Positions 1 to 13,842 of a DNA stretch of 64,000 nucleotides are shown here, one piece after another. The stretch spans positions 20,026,001 through 20,090,000 of the forward strand of contig OX597820.1 in the NCBI GenBank assembly GCA_951406725.2, written 5' to 3'. The notes below the pieces were generated by a model. The model was given only the letters and a program-made list of their open reading frames with translations, was not told the DNA's origin and did no database searches. Position 1 is the stretch's first letter. The number at the start of each line of letters is the position of its first letter. Origin of the DNA: Octopus vulgaris. Taxonomy: Eukaryota. The translations under genes were made by a program, and so were the position numbers.

Positions 1-3000
1 CTGGTGATGGTGTCACATAAAAAGTACTGGTGATGGTGCCACATAAAAAGTACTGATGATGCCACATAAAAAAGTACTGGTGATGGTGCCACATAAAAAG
101 TACTGATGATGCCACATAAAAGTACTGGTGATGGTGTCACATAAAAAGTACTGATGATGCCACATAAAAGGTACTGGTGATGGTGTCACATAAAAAGTAC
201 TGATGATGCCACATAAAAAGTACTGGTGATGGTGTCACATAAAAAGTACTGATGATGCCACATAAAAAGTACTGGTGATGGTGTCACATAAAAAGTACTG
301 ATGATGCCACATAAAAAGTACTGGTGATGGTGTCACATAAAAAGTACTGATGATGCCACATAAAAAGTACTGGTGATGGTGTCACATAAAAAGTACTGAT
401 GATGCCACATAAAAAGTACTGGTGATGGTGTCACATAAAAAGTACTGATGATGCCACATAAAAAGTACTGGTGATGGTGTCACATAAAAAGTACTGATGA
501 TGCCACATAAAAAGTACTGGTGATGGTGTCACATAAAAAGTACTGATGATGCCACATAAAAAGTACTGGTGATGGTGCCACGTAAAAAGTACTGATGATG
601 CCACATAAAAAGTACTGGTGATGGTGTCACATAAAAAGTACTGATGATGCCACATAAAAAAGTACTGGTGATGGTGTCACATAAAAAGTACTGATGATGC
701 CACATAAAAAGTACTGGTGATGGTGTCACATAAAAAGTACTGATGATGCCACATAAAAAGTACTGGTGATGGTGTCACATAAAAGTACTGATGATGCCAC
801 ATAAAAAGTACTGGTGATGGTGTCACATAAAAAGTACTGATGGATGCCACATAAAAAGTACTGGTGATGGTGTCACATAAAAAGTACTGATGATGCCACA
901 TAAAAAGTACTGGTGATGGTGTCACATAAAAAGTACTGATGATGCCACATAAAAAGTACTGGTGATGGTGTCACATAAAAATCTTCTGATGATGCCACAT
1001 AAAAAGTACTGGTGATGGTGCCACATAAAAAGTACTGATGATGCCACATAAAAAGTACTGGTGATGGTGTCACATAAAAAGTACTGATGATGCCACATAA
1101 AAAGTACTGGTGATGGTGTCACATAAAAAGTACTGATGATGCCACATAAAAGTACTGGTGATGGTGCCACATAAAAAGTACTGATGATGCCACATAAAAA
1201 GTACTGGTGATGGTGTCACATAAAAAGTACTGATGATGCCACATAAAAAGTACTGGTGATGGTGTCACATAAAAAGTACTGATGATGCCACATAAAAAGT
1301 ACTGGTGATGGTGTCACATAAAAAGTACTGATGATGCCACATAAAAAGTACTGGTGATGGTGTCACATAAAAAGTACTGATGATGCCACATAAAAAGTAC
1401 TGGTGATGGTGTCACATAAAAAGTACTGATGATGCCACATAAAATGTACTGGTGATGGTGTCACATAAAAAGTACTGATGATGCCACATAAAAAGTACTG
1501 GTGATGGTGCCACATAAAAAGTACTGATGATGCCACATAAAAAGTACTGGTGATGGTGTCACATAAAAAGTACTGATGATGCCACATAAAAAGTACTGGT
1601 GATGGTGTCACATAAAAAGTACTGATGATGCCACATAAAAAGTACTGGTGATGGTGTCACATAAAAAGTACTGATGATGCCACATAAAAAGTACTGGTGA
1701 TGGTGTCACATAAAAAGTACTGGTGATGGTGTCACATAAAAAGTACTGGTGATGGTGTCACATAAAAAGTACTGGTGATGGTGTCACATAAAAAGTACTG
1801 GTGATGGCCCACATAAAAAGTACTGGTGATGGTGTCACATAAAAGTACTGGTGATGGTGTCACATATAATTACTGGTGATGGTGTCAGATAAAAAGTACT
1901 GGTCATGGTGCCACATAAAAAGTACTGGTGATGGTGCCACATAAAACGTACTGTTGATGGTGTCACATAAAAAGTACTGGTGATGGTGCCACAAAAATAG
2001 TACTGGTGATGGTGCCACATAAAAAGTACTGGTGATGGTGTCACATAAAAAGTGCTGGTGATGGTGCCACAAAAATAGTACTGGTGATGGTGCCACATAA
2101 AAAGTACTGGTGATGGTGTCACATAAAAAGTACTGGTGATGGTGTCACATAAAAAGTACTGGTGAATGGTGTCACATAAAAAGCATTGGTGCTGGTTCCA
2201 CATAAAAAGTACTATTGATGGTGTCACATAAAAAGTACTGGTGATGGTGCCACATAAAAAGTACTGGTGATGGTATCACATAAAAAGTGCTGGTGATAGT
2301 GCAACATAAGTACTAATGGTGCCACATAAAAAGTACTGGTGATGGTGTCACATAAAAAGTACTGGTGATAGTGTCACATAAAAAGTACTGGTGATGGTGC
2401 CACATAAAACGTACTATTGATGGTGTCACATAAAAAGTACTGGTGATGGTGTCACATAAAAAGTACTGGTGATGGTGACACATAAAAAGTACTGGTGAGG
2501 GTGTCACATAAAAAGTACTGGTGATGGTGCCACATAAAAAGTACCGGTGATGGTGTCACGTAAAAAGTACTGGTGATGGTGCCATATAAAGTGTACCGGT
2601 GATGGTGCCACATAAAAAGTACTATTGATGGTGCCACGTAAAAAGTACTGGTGGTGGTGCCACATAAAAAGTACTGGTGATAGAGCAACATAAAAAGTAC
2701 TGGTGATGGTGTCACATAAAAAGTACTAGTGATGGTATAACATAAAAAGTACTGGTGATGGTGCCACATAAAAAGTACTGGTGATAGTACCACATAAAAA
2801 GTACTGGTGATGGTGTCACATAAAAAGTACTGGTCATGGTGTCACATAAAAAGTACTGATGGTGCCACATAAAACGTACTGGTGATAGTGTCAGATAAAA
2901 AGTACTGGGATGGTGTCACATAAAAAGTACTGGTGATTGTGGCACATAAAAAGTACTATTGATTGTGCCACATAAAAAGTACTGGTAATGGTGTCACATA

Positions 3001-3010
3001 AAAAGTACTG
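1..3010. repeat. Intronic satellite: 49-bp dimer (26+23 bp) up to about 1680, then a 26-bp monomer array
   Basis: Units aaaaagtactggtgatggtg(t/c)cacat and aaaaagtactgatgatgccacat. Near-homogeneous on the left, increasingly diverged towards 3010. Runs off the window start. Confidence 0.97.
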
Positions 3011-3451
3011 AGAAGACACACACAGAAAGACAGAACGGATTTTATATAATAGATATGTGTGTGTGTGTGTGTATATATATATTCTTACACACACACACAC
3101 AAGTATATGAAGGCTTGACCTTGGCTATGACCTTAAATCCAGCAATCTCAAATGTCACCATATTCATCATCATCACAACAACGCCGAAACCAAATAATTT
3201 CACTTTCCATGAATTTTCATAAAAACATATTATGGAATAAGAAATATTAAATTTTTAAGGCCTAGCTGTTGGGGGTGCTTGTCTGCCCTTCATAAATATA
3301 AGGACACAGGAAATGAGTCAAAGCTTCCTAGGGCTAAATAACGGTGGTGTAATTTGTTCTACGGGACTGTCACGTTAAGTTGACAGTATACAACGGCTCT
3401 ATATTATGGAATAAAAATCGTCAAACCAGAATAAGAAAAGTACTTAATCAC

Positions 3452-3607
3452 CTGTCAATGAGTCCTCAGTATGGTCATATCTCGGAAGAATCTGTGTATC
3501 AATAGGTGGTGCCTTCTCATCACGAACTTTCCAGTAGAAATTCGCATTTGGTTTCATTTGTACAAATTCACACAGATTTTCATCTTCAAACCCACAACTT
3601 TCTTTTA
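3452..3607 (-). CDS. Exon 26, MAM-9 N-terminal part (gene continues left of window)
   Basis: (I)[51 protein letters not shown]; tag/gtgatt; phase 1-1, 156 nt. Confidence 0.88.
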
Positions 3608-6141
3608 CTATTCAAAAAGAAAAAGAAATAGAAATTAAAATATCAATAAGAAATTCAGTTTAATTGCAATTAAAAAACAGATAAAAGTTTATCTCCATGG
3701 ATACATATACTGTCACAAGAAAGTATGAAATTGCGGTTAAATTATTGGTATGATAACCTGTAGGTTGAACATTCAATCAACAGGTGTACTACAGGAAAGG
3801 TAAAAATGATTAAAAGAATGGCTTCGTTCTCGTTACTGTCATTGCCATTGTCGTCGTCATCTTCTTCTTCTTCTTCTTCTTCTTCCAATCAGAATGATCT
3901 CTAATTCGAGCCTACTCTAAGCTACTAAGAATACATGCGGTAACTTGAAGACTGCCTACCACACGTGATAGACTGGCGGTTGCATGGGCGCGAAAGCTAC
4001 GTTGTTATCTTCATTCCATAAATGGTGGCTTTTTAATGGGTGGAGAGCTGAACCATCCTGGGGTACAGAGGATTCGCAATCTAGACTAGGGTCTGAAAGT
4101 TTACCACACCATAGTGGGTTACACCATGGTTCCTTTGCTTTGTGGCAGAAGTAGGAAGAAAGAGTGAGAGAAAGTTGTGGTGAAAGAGTACAGCGGGGGT
4201 TCACCCCTTCCCCCTGCCGGAGCCTCATGGAGCTTAGGTGTTTTTGCTCAATAAACACTCACAATGCCCAGTCTGGGCATTGAAACCACGTTCTTACGAC
4301 TGCGAGTCTGCTGCCCTAACCACTGGGCCATTGTGCCTCCACATTGTTGTTGTCATCATCATCATCATTGTTGCTGTTTCATTGTCATTATTGCTGTCGT
4401 CATTGACATCGTCATTATCGTTGTCATTGACATTATCATTGTTGTTGTTGTCATTATTATCAGTCATTGTTATTGTCATCGTTGTCATTGTTATAATTGT
4501 CATTGTTGTCATGATCGCTGTCATCGTCATCATCATTGCCATCGGCATTATTGTCATCATTGACATTGTTGTCATCACTGCCGTCATTGTCATTGTCATT
4601 AACATTATCATTGCTGTCGTCACTGCTGTCATTATCATTGTCATCATCATTGTCGGGCTAGTGGAGAGCTAAGAGCACCATCCGTGTGTGATTGTCGCCA
4701 GAGCAGCTAACAGGCTTCCGTGCTGGTGGCACATAAAAAGCACCATTCGAGCTTGATCGTTACAAGCGTCACCTTACTGGTACTTGTGCCAGTAGCATGT
4801 GAAAAAACATTCAAGCGAGGTCGTTGCTAGTGCCGCTGGACTTGCTCCTGTACAGGGGGTATGTAAAAACACCATTTGAGCGTGGCCGTTGCCAGTACTG
4901 CCTGACTGGCCCTTGTGCCGGTGGCACATAAAAGCACCCACTACACTCTCGGAGTGGTTGGTGTTAGGAAGGGCATCGAGCTGTAGAAACTCTGCCAGAT
5001 CAGATTGGAGTCTGGTGTGGCCATCTGGTTCACCAGTCCTCAGTCAAATCGTCCAACCCATGCCAGCATGGAAAGCGAACGTAAAATGATGATGATGTGA
5101 GTCTGTGTCTCTTTGTTTGGCATCATGAGATAGTGACAGTATCACTCAAACTGCATCCTTCATTCTCTATCTTCTGTGAAAACATAAACAGCCATGAGGA
5201 AACATTACCATACTAGGAATCAGGTGAGTGCTGGTGACAGGAAAGGCACCCAACTACAGAAAACCTGTCTCAGTAAACCCTGTCAGACCCATGCAAACAT
5301 GGCAAAGCAGATGTGAAATTATGATGATGACGATAATGATGATCTAAATTGATGCAGAAAACTTTGTCAAGTCTATAACATTGCATACGAAAAATAAATT
5401 AACAATTTTTTTCCTTATTTTTATTTTCCTAAAATTTTCGTTGCATTTTGCAACCTTTTCAATAGTTTTGACGAAAATTTTAGGAAAATAAAAATAAGAA
5501 AAAAGTGAAAATTTTACTGGTGAGTGTGTTATATTTTTGGGCACAAAAGAAAAATGACTCTCCCCAGACTCAACAGAATATGCTTCAACACACGAACTCA
5601 TATAAAGAATCCTGCAAACCAAATCCCAAAACGAAATTAACGATTATTTCACAAACTGAAAAATTCATTTTTTTTACTTACTTTGGCAATGTCCTGGAGT
5701 CAGTTTAATATCATCAAGTGCAACAGAGCCAGAAAGATATGATCTGGAATCAACTTGGAAAGCTATTTTATCATTCTCGTTAAGACCTAAAGTAATGGAT
5801 GCGGGATGCCATTTTCTACTTAAAGGTTGTGAATGGTACCACACTTGTGTGAAAACTTTGTTGCTTGTCATGTGTTGTACAGAGAGAGAATGCACTCTAT
5901 TTCCATACAAGTGAAACCAAAATGATAAACAGGTCAGAGTATAATTATGAATTGGTGGACTAAGTAATTTCACATATTGGATTGAATGGGTTCTCTTATA
6001 TCGGAATAGAGCAAAATTGCCATTTGCTGAAAATAGACAAAAAAAAAAAAATGTAAATATTCAAATAGGTTTTTTATACTTATTAAATTTTTAAATGTAA
6101 AAATATAATATCATATAAATTTAATAGGTTAGTGATTTGTA

Positions 6142-6186
<45 letters not shown>

Positions 6187-6208
6187 CATAATCATAATAA
6201 TAATAATG

Positions 6209-6283
<75 letters not shown>

Positions 6284-6900
6284 TGCCCTGATGTTGTACC
6301 AGGCAGTGACTAAATGCACTGATGTACCAGGTAGTGGCTAAATGCCCTGATGCTGTACCAGGCAGTGACTCCCATAGCTTCTGATCTTAACTGATTGGAA
6401 GTGTTATCATGTATGTTGTTTTGTCTTGTTATAAAAGATGGGCTACAGCAAATATTCTGCTCAATACCAGATTTGCTTGTCAATTGTTTGACCATAACCA
6501 GTTGAGCATGTCCCTTAGTGGCTGACGATATGTGCATCCCTGATCATGAGCAGAAGTAGTGGGGGAGCATCATAGCCATGTGTTGAAAGGAATTCTTAGA
6601 GGTTTGGATAATTCACCTTTGGAAACATGGGTGTTTCGTTCAACATCCTTAAACAACCCTTATTCAGGGACCTTTTGAGCGGGATGGGCTACTCGACCTG
6701 AAAAAATTCTAACTGGGCCTCAACTGCAAGGTCATGTGCTGTTTATTTTGATATGAGATCACCATGTCGTGCACATATGGTTGTGATGCATGTGCCTGGT
6801 GTACCCTTATCAGACGGGTAGCTATGATGGGTATACTGGGCTTCGTATATTTTACCCCCGTGACACTTTGATGGCATGCACTGCTCTCTCACTCAATAAC

Positions 6901-6962
<62 letters not shown>

Positions 6963-7336
6963 TGGATCAAAGCAATTGCAAAAAGGAATGGGCCGGTACG
7001 AACTGAGGAGCAGTGTAGCCAGAAGCCTCTGCATGGGTGATATATATATATGGTACCATTCTGCCTAAATAATGGATCTACAAATACAATATCCCTGCAT
7101 ATCTCACATCTACTTTCATTCTTCCACTTCACTCTCTATTTCGTATCTTATCTAAATTAACTATTGCTAAACCATTTTTCTCACACCGTCTCCGATGAAG
7201 GGATATAATAAATATCCTGGAAACAGCTGTAAGACCTTCTATTTATAAATGCTCTAAAATCTTCACAGCCTTGTTTTTTTAATCTCATTCTGAAAAAAAA
7301 AATTTTTTATGTATGCAATGTATGCATGTATATATG

Positions 7337-7386
<50 letters not shown>

Positions 7387-8002
7387 TAAATATATATATA
7401 CATACATACATACATACACATACATACATATAGATACTGAGTGCACGATAGGTGAACCACGATATGGTGAGGGATTACTATATACATAAATACAAACATA
7501 TGGCTGAGTGGTAAGAAGCTTACTTCCCAACCACACGGTTGCACAGCACCTTGGGCAAGTGTCTTCTACTATAGGCTTTGGTCGATCAAATCCTTGTGAG
7601 TGGATTTGGTAGACAGAAACTGAAAGAAGCCTGTCATATATATATATATACATATATACTTAATCATATCGAAGGGAAATGGAAATTAATGGAAATTTTC
7701 ACTTCCAGTGGCCTAACGTGTAAAAATTTAGTCCCAAAACTATGTATTACTAATAAAATACAGTGTATATTTAAACGCATAAGATGAATCCACGCTAGAA
7801 AGAATGGTAAAAGTTTTTATTTTTTCATTTCGTTCCTTTCGGGATTTCGTTCCCTAATTTTGTGGTTTTGGAACCTAGCTGTTCTTTCTAGCATGAGGAA
7901 TCCCATGAGTGGATTCCTCTTATGTGTTTAAATGTACACTGTATTTTATATATACATATCTATATATATATCTATATCTATATCTATCTATCTATCTATC
8001 TA

Positions 8003-8058
<56 letters not shown>

Positions 8059-8140
8059 TATGTATATATGTATATGTGTATATATGTATATATGTATATG
8101 TGTATATATGTATATGTGTATATATGTATATGTGTATATA

Positions 8141-8201
<61 letters not shown>

Positions 8202-11200
8202 GTGTGTGTCTGTGGTTGTCCCTCCACCATTGCTTGACAACCGATGTCGGTGAGTTTATGTCCCTATAACTTTGTGGCTCGGCAAAAGAAACCAATAGAA
8301 AAAGTACAAGGAGGTTTACAAAGACTAAGTCCTGGGGTTGATTTCTTATTAAAAAAAAAGAACCTTTAAGGTGGTGCTCCAGCATGGCCACAGTCAAATT
8401 ACTGAAACAAATAAAAGAATATACATATGCCACTCTGCAGGACATTGGATAACCGACAAGGAAAAGGTGTCCTAGATCAAAGGCCTGAAGATTGTTGTGG
8501 TCAAGCAGAAGATCTGTACCAGCAGACAATGGTTGAATGTCAGTAAGCAAGTGAGTTGCCAAAGCAGGCAGCCTCACCATTGGCCAAGCTCATTGCACTT
8601 TTGTACACCACTTGGTATATAATGTGGAGGCCCATAGAGGCAGTCTGATGAGGGACAATGCCAAGTGCTTTATTTACCGTCCAAAGTGTTTTATTCAGAT
8701 TTGAGCAGAACCATAAACAATGACCTACAATGGATAACTATCACTGCCACTGATTAATTAAAAGGGTTTTCAATTACCATGAAGTTATTTTCACTGTAGA
8801 TATCGTCACATGTTAAAAAGAACTCATGCTTGGTTATATTTAGTCCATTGCAGCGTTACTCATTTTTGCCAGCTGAGTGGACTAGAGCAACGTGAAATGA
8901 AGTGTTTTGCTCAAGAACACAATGCATCACCCGATCCTGGAATCGAAACCACAGTCTTACGATCATGATGCTGACACCCTGACCACTAAGCCACGTGCCT
9001 CCACTATATATATATATATTCAAATGACAGGGGATGCTGCCAGTCTCCCCTGGCACCTGTGCCGGTGGCATGCAAAAAGCACCCACTACACTCACGGAGT
9101 GGTTGGCGTTAGGAAGGGCGGTCAGCTGTAGAAACACTGCCAGATCAGACTGGAGCCTGGTGCAGCCTCCTGGCTGCCCAGATCACGGTCAAACCGTCCA
9201 AGCCGTGCTAGCACAGAAAACGGACGTTAAACGATGATGATGATGATTCTATGCAAACACATATTATAACTGATCTAAATGTGTGTTTACTTGCAACATT
9301 GCTTTCATGTATCTACTACAATATTTTGCCCTGGTTGAGGCCTGCCTTGCATATAATCCATTCAGGACTGAATAGTGATTTACCATAAGAAAATGAAGAT
9401 TTACAACGATATTTCAGGATCGATGGTATACAGTGCTGATGATAGCCAAGAAGCTAGAAATGCATTTACCATTATGTCAGAGGACTTCTAAAAATTACTG
9501 TAGGTGGTTTTTAACAAGTTATTTCTTAAAACTAGAATTCTTCTCAATAGCAAGCAGCAGTAAATGTAGCTTTTGTACAAGTGAAATTTATCTCAAACAC
9601 ATTTGAACCAATTTAAATGTTTGTTCACTACTTTGCATTAGAAGAAAAAATGTCAAATACTTACATGTTTTAAGTGTGTGGTCAACAATAGGATCATATC
9701 CATATCTGGAGCCTTTAGATATAATCCACTTTAAATTAGACTGATCTTGAGTCCAGCCACAGAAGTTTTTACTTTCAAATGTACAGTCATATGGACCTAA
9801 ACAAAAAATTTTAATTAATATTAAAAAATACTTAAAAAAAATAAAAATATTTATTGAAGCAACAAATTAAGAATTGCATTTTTAAAGTTAATTTAAAGGT
9901 AATTTATAAAAAATGAATAGCTAAATAGTATTAAATGTAATTCTTTGTGTTTTACACTAAAACAATTTTCATTACTGCACCGGAATGACTGTGTGGTAAG
10001 TGGCTTGCTTACCAACTACATGGTTCCGGGTTCAGTCTCACTGTGTGGTGCCTTGGGCAAGTGTCTTCTACTATAGCCTTGGGCTGATCAAAGCCTTGTA
10101 AGCGGATTTGGTAGATGGAAACTGAAAGAAGCCCGTCATATATATATGTGTGTGTGTCTGTGTTTGTGTCTGTTTGTCCTCCCCAACATTGCTTGACAAC
10201 CGATGCTGGTGTGTTTACGTCCCTGTAACTTAGCAGTTCGGCGAAAGAGACCGATGGAATAAGTACTAGGCTTACAAAGAATAAGTCCTGGGGTCGATTT
10301 CCTCGACTAAAAAAGGCAGTGCTCCAGCATGGCCACAGTAAAATGACTGAGACAAGCAAAAGATTAAAAGAGTAAGCATTTTGCCTGGTGTGCTAACAAT
10401 TCTGCCAGCGCACCACCTTCAAATCATAGAAATAACAATTATAATTATCGCTTGATGTTGACTATTATCAGGAAATTACTTGCCTGGGGGCAGAACACTT
10501 GTTGCTATTGTTGATACCATTGTTACTGGTTTACTAGTTGTGGATGGTTGATTCAAGGGTCGAGCTTTTATAGGAGTGACTGAAAAACAGCAAAGGAGTT
10601 GAGCATAAAGTCAATATAGTTTTTCAAACTTCAAAAACAAAAAAACAACAACAACAACAAAAAAGAAACCTAAAAAAAAAAAAGCAAAACAAATCCCTTC
10701 CCTAGAACAAGCTCTTATCTATTTATCTGTCTGTCTATTATGCATATGGTTAACAGTTTAATGACTTTTCATGTTCAGATATTAGCATAGATTGCTGGCC
10801 CTTGACCATTTTAGCATTAGTTGAATGGATGTTTATTTCTGATTGGCTGTATGGTAAGAAGCTTGCTTCCCATCCACATGATTCTGGGTTCAGTCCCACT
10901 GCATGAAACCATGGGCAAGTGTCATCTACTATGGCCTCAGGCCAACCAAAGCCTTGTGAGTGGATTTGGTCGACAGAAACTGAAAGATGCCTGTCATACA
11001 TGTATATAGGTGCAGGAGTGGCTGTGTGGTAAGTAGATTGAGTTGAAGATAGATAGAAAATCTAGGAATTTTATCTAGCTTCTTGGTCTAACTGAAGGCC
11101 ACAAAAACAGACCATCATTGATGAAACTATAACTATATCACATTCGGTTCTAAAAATTTCTCAGTAAGACAATCTAAAACAGTGGTTCTCAATTGAGGTC

Positions 11201-13197
11201 CACATGATCTCTGGGGGTTCATGTAAAATTTTATTGTTAAAATTTATGTGCAATAAATTGGTTTATACTTCTATAATACACAAAATGTTTTAAGAATATT
11301 TCTTAAACAATCCTTAATAATATTTAATTATAAAAATATAATAGGAATTTTTAAATATCAAATGGCTATGGGGATTCAACCAAGCAAAATAGGAATCAAA
11401 AAAGGTCCATAGGTAAAAAATGGACGGAACCACTGACAATAGATTTTTGTGTGCGCCAGAAGTTTGGTCCTTAATTCAGTATCCTTTAAGCAGTTACTAG
11501 ATTTTGTGTTTCAGAAGTTGAGTTGTTAATTCAAGTTCATTATGCAGTTTCCTTGAAATGCTTTTGGTACAACTCAGAGTAATTTTCAAATCAACAACAT
11601 ATAACCAAGTAAGAACTAAAGCAGATATAATGTTTAACAGATTAAACAATGAAGTATGAAGCTTGACTGACCTGCACACCTCAGTGAATTATAGTTAATG
11701 TCATCTAAAGCTAAAAAGCCATTGGCATTTTCTTCTATCTCAGCTCTTATTGATAGGGTGAATGAAGAATCACTTTTTATAAAGAAAGTTCCTTGGGACC
11801 ATCCAGAACCTTGTGAATCAGATAACTTCCACATTAATGTGCTTTGATTTGAAGTCTGAAATTAAAGGTAAATGAGAACATGAATTTAAATAAAAATAAG
11901 AGTCTTTTAAATTGCACTGAAACATATTTTAGAATAGTTTACCACTGTAAATATTTGTATATAACGGAGTGCTGAAAAGTTCCTGGTAGAAAGAAGGGTA
12001 TGTGGCATTAAAGAAGATCTGGTAAAATATGCAGTTCTACTCACATCTGATTACAGCAGCAGAGTACTGCAGTTAGAGAGATGATGGATGGTGGGAATGT
12101 CTTGAGGAGAAAATAAGACAGGAGGAGAGACTCAGTAATGAAATCTTGAAACAATTTCTGTTATGTTTAGTTAAAATTTAAACTACTTTCAGCATTGAAC
12201 AAAACTGCTCTAAAAAACATCATTTTTATCCTCTACAAACTTTTCCTTCAAAAATGTTTGTTTGGAATTATTTAACCCTTTCGTTAACAACCCAGCTGAA
12301 ACCGGCTTTAGCTCTGAGTACAAATGTCTTGTTTTCATAAGTTTTGAATTAAAATCTTCCACCAAACCTTAGTCACAGTTTATGTTCCTAACAATAGCTT
12401 AATGATAACTAAGTTATTTTATTATATTCTTTGTTATATCTAAAGTAATTGAAAGAAACACAAAACATCTCAAAATAAATACAGCAATGAAAGTGTTAAC
12501 AACAGTTTCTCATAATTAAATCTTCACATTTCAATTTTAATTCACTGATATTTTTGGCAGCACTGGCAAAAGAACATCAGGAATTATATCTAAATTAGAA
12601 AATAGGTAAATTACCTGCATGATAACAGACAAACTTCCAATATTGGTTCCGTATATAATGTACCAAAACTTTATACAAAGACCAGAACCACTTGTTTTAT
12701 CAAAAGAAATAGAAACCAAATCTCCTTTTGTTTTCATTTTTGATTTAGATACACCAATGTACATCATACTGCCTAAAAACAAAAATGTTTGATTCCATTT
12801 AAAGCAGATAGTAATAATATTCAAAGCTAGATATGGATTTCATGAAAAACTCAATAAAAAAACATATGGCTTTTATTTTTGTATTGCAAATCATTTAACA
12901 TTTGAAGGAATGAATAATGTGAAAAATAAACCGTAATTGAAAATATTTTATGAAAATGAATATTCTGCTCTCTCTTCCAAATGTGAGTTACCAATTAGCT
13001 ACTACAAGAAGAACCTGCTCTGCCCACCCACTTCTCTCATACCTAAACCCACATCTCTTAGCATAGAGCCATCCCATCTACCAGGTTTTGTAGTCTTGCA
13101 AGTTGCATTACAACCTCTCTAGTGCTGGTAGCATGAAAAAAGCAGCTGAATAATATCAGCTGTAATGTATATATATATATATATAATAGTGTACACT

Positions 13198-13236
<39 letters not shown>

Positions 13237-13785
13237 TCTTTTACTCTTTTACTTGTTTCAGTCATTTGAATGTGGCCATGGTGGAGCACCGCCTTTAGTC
13301 GAGCAAATCAACCCCAGGACTTATTCTTTATAAGCCTAGTACTTATTCTATCGGTCTCTTTTGCCGAACCGCTAAGTTACAGGGACGTAAACACATCAGC
13401 ATCAGTTGTCAAGCGATGTTGGGGGGACAAACACAGACACACAAACATATACACACATACGTACATATGCATATATATATATACATATATACGACGGGCT
13501 TCTTTCAGATTCCGTCTACCAGATCCACCCACAAGGCTTTGGTCAGCCTGAGACTATAGTAGAAGACACTTGTCCAAGTTGCCACGCAGTGGGACTGAAC
13601 CTGGAACCATGTGGTTCGTAAGCAAGCTACCATGCATATGAATCCAAATTGAGGGAGTGGAATAGGTAAAAATCAGGCTACATATGTTTCCTAGTTAGCA
13701 GATCCTCTGATGTAATAATTACTCAATGAGGGATACTCAGATAACTAGTTACAAGGCCAAAGACACTTTAATTATATGAAGATGC

Positions 13786-13842
<57 letters not shown>

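Noticed and set aside
1-3010. CRISPR-like regular array and repetitive ORFs (MWHHQYFLC...)
   Set aside because: Head-to-tail repeats with no unique spacers, no cas genes and a eukaryotic intron context. The ORFs are translations of the satellite.
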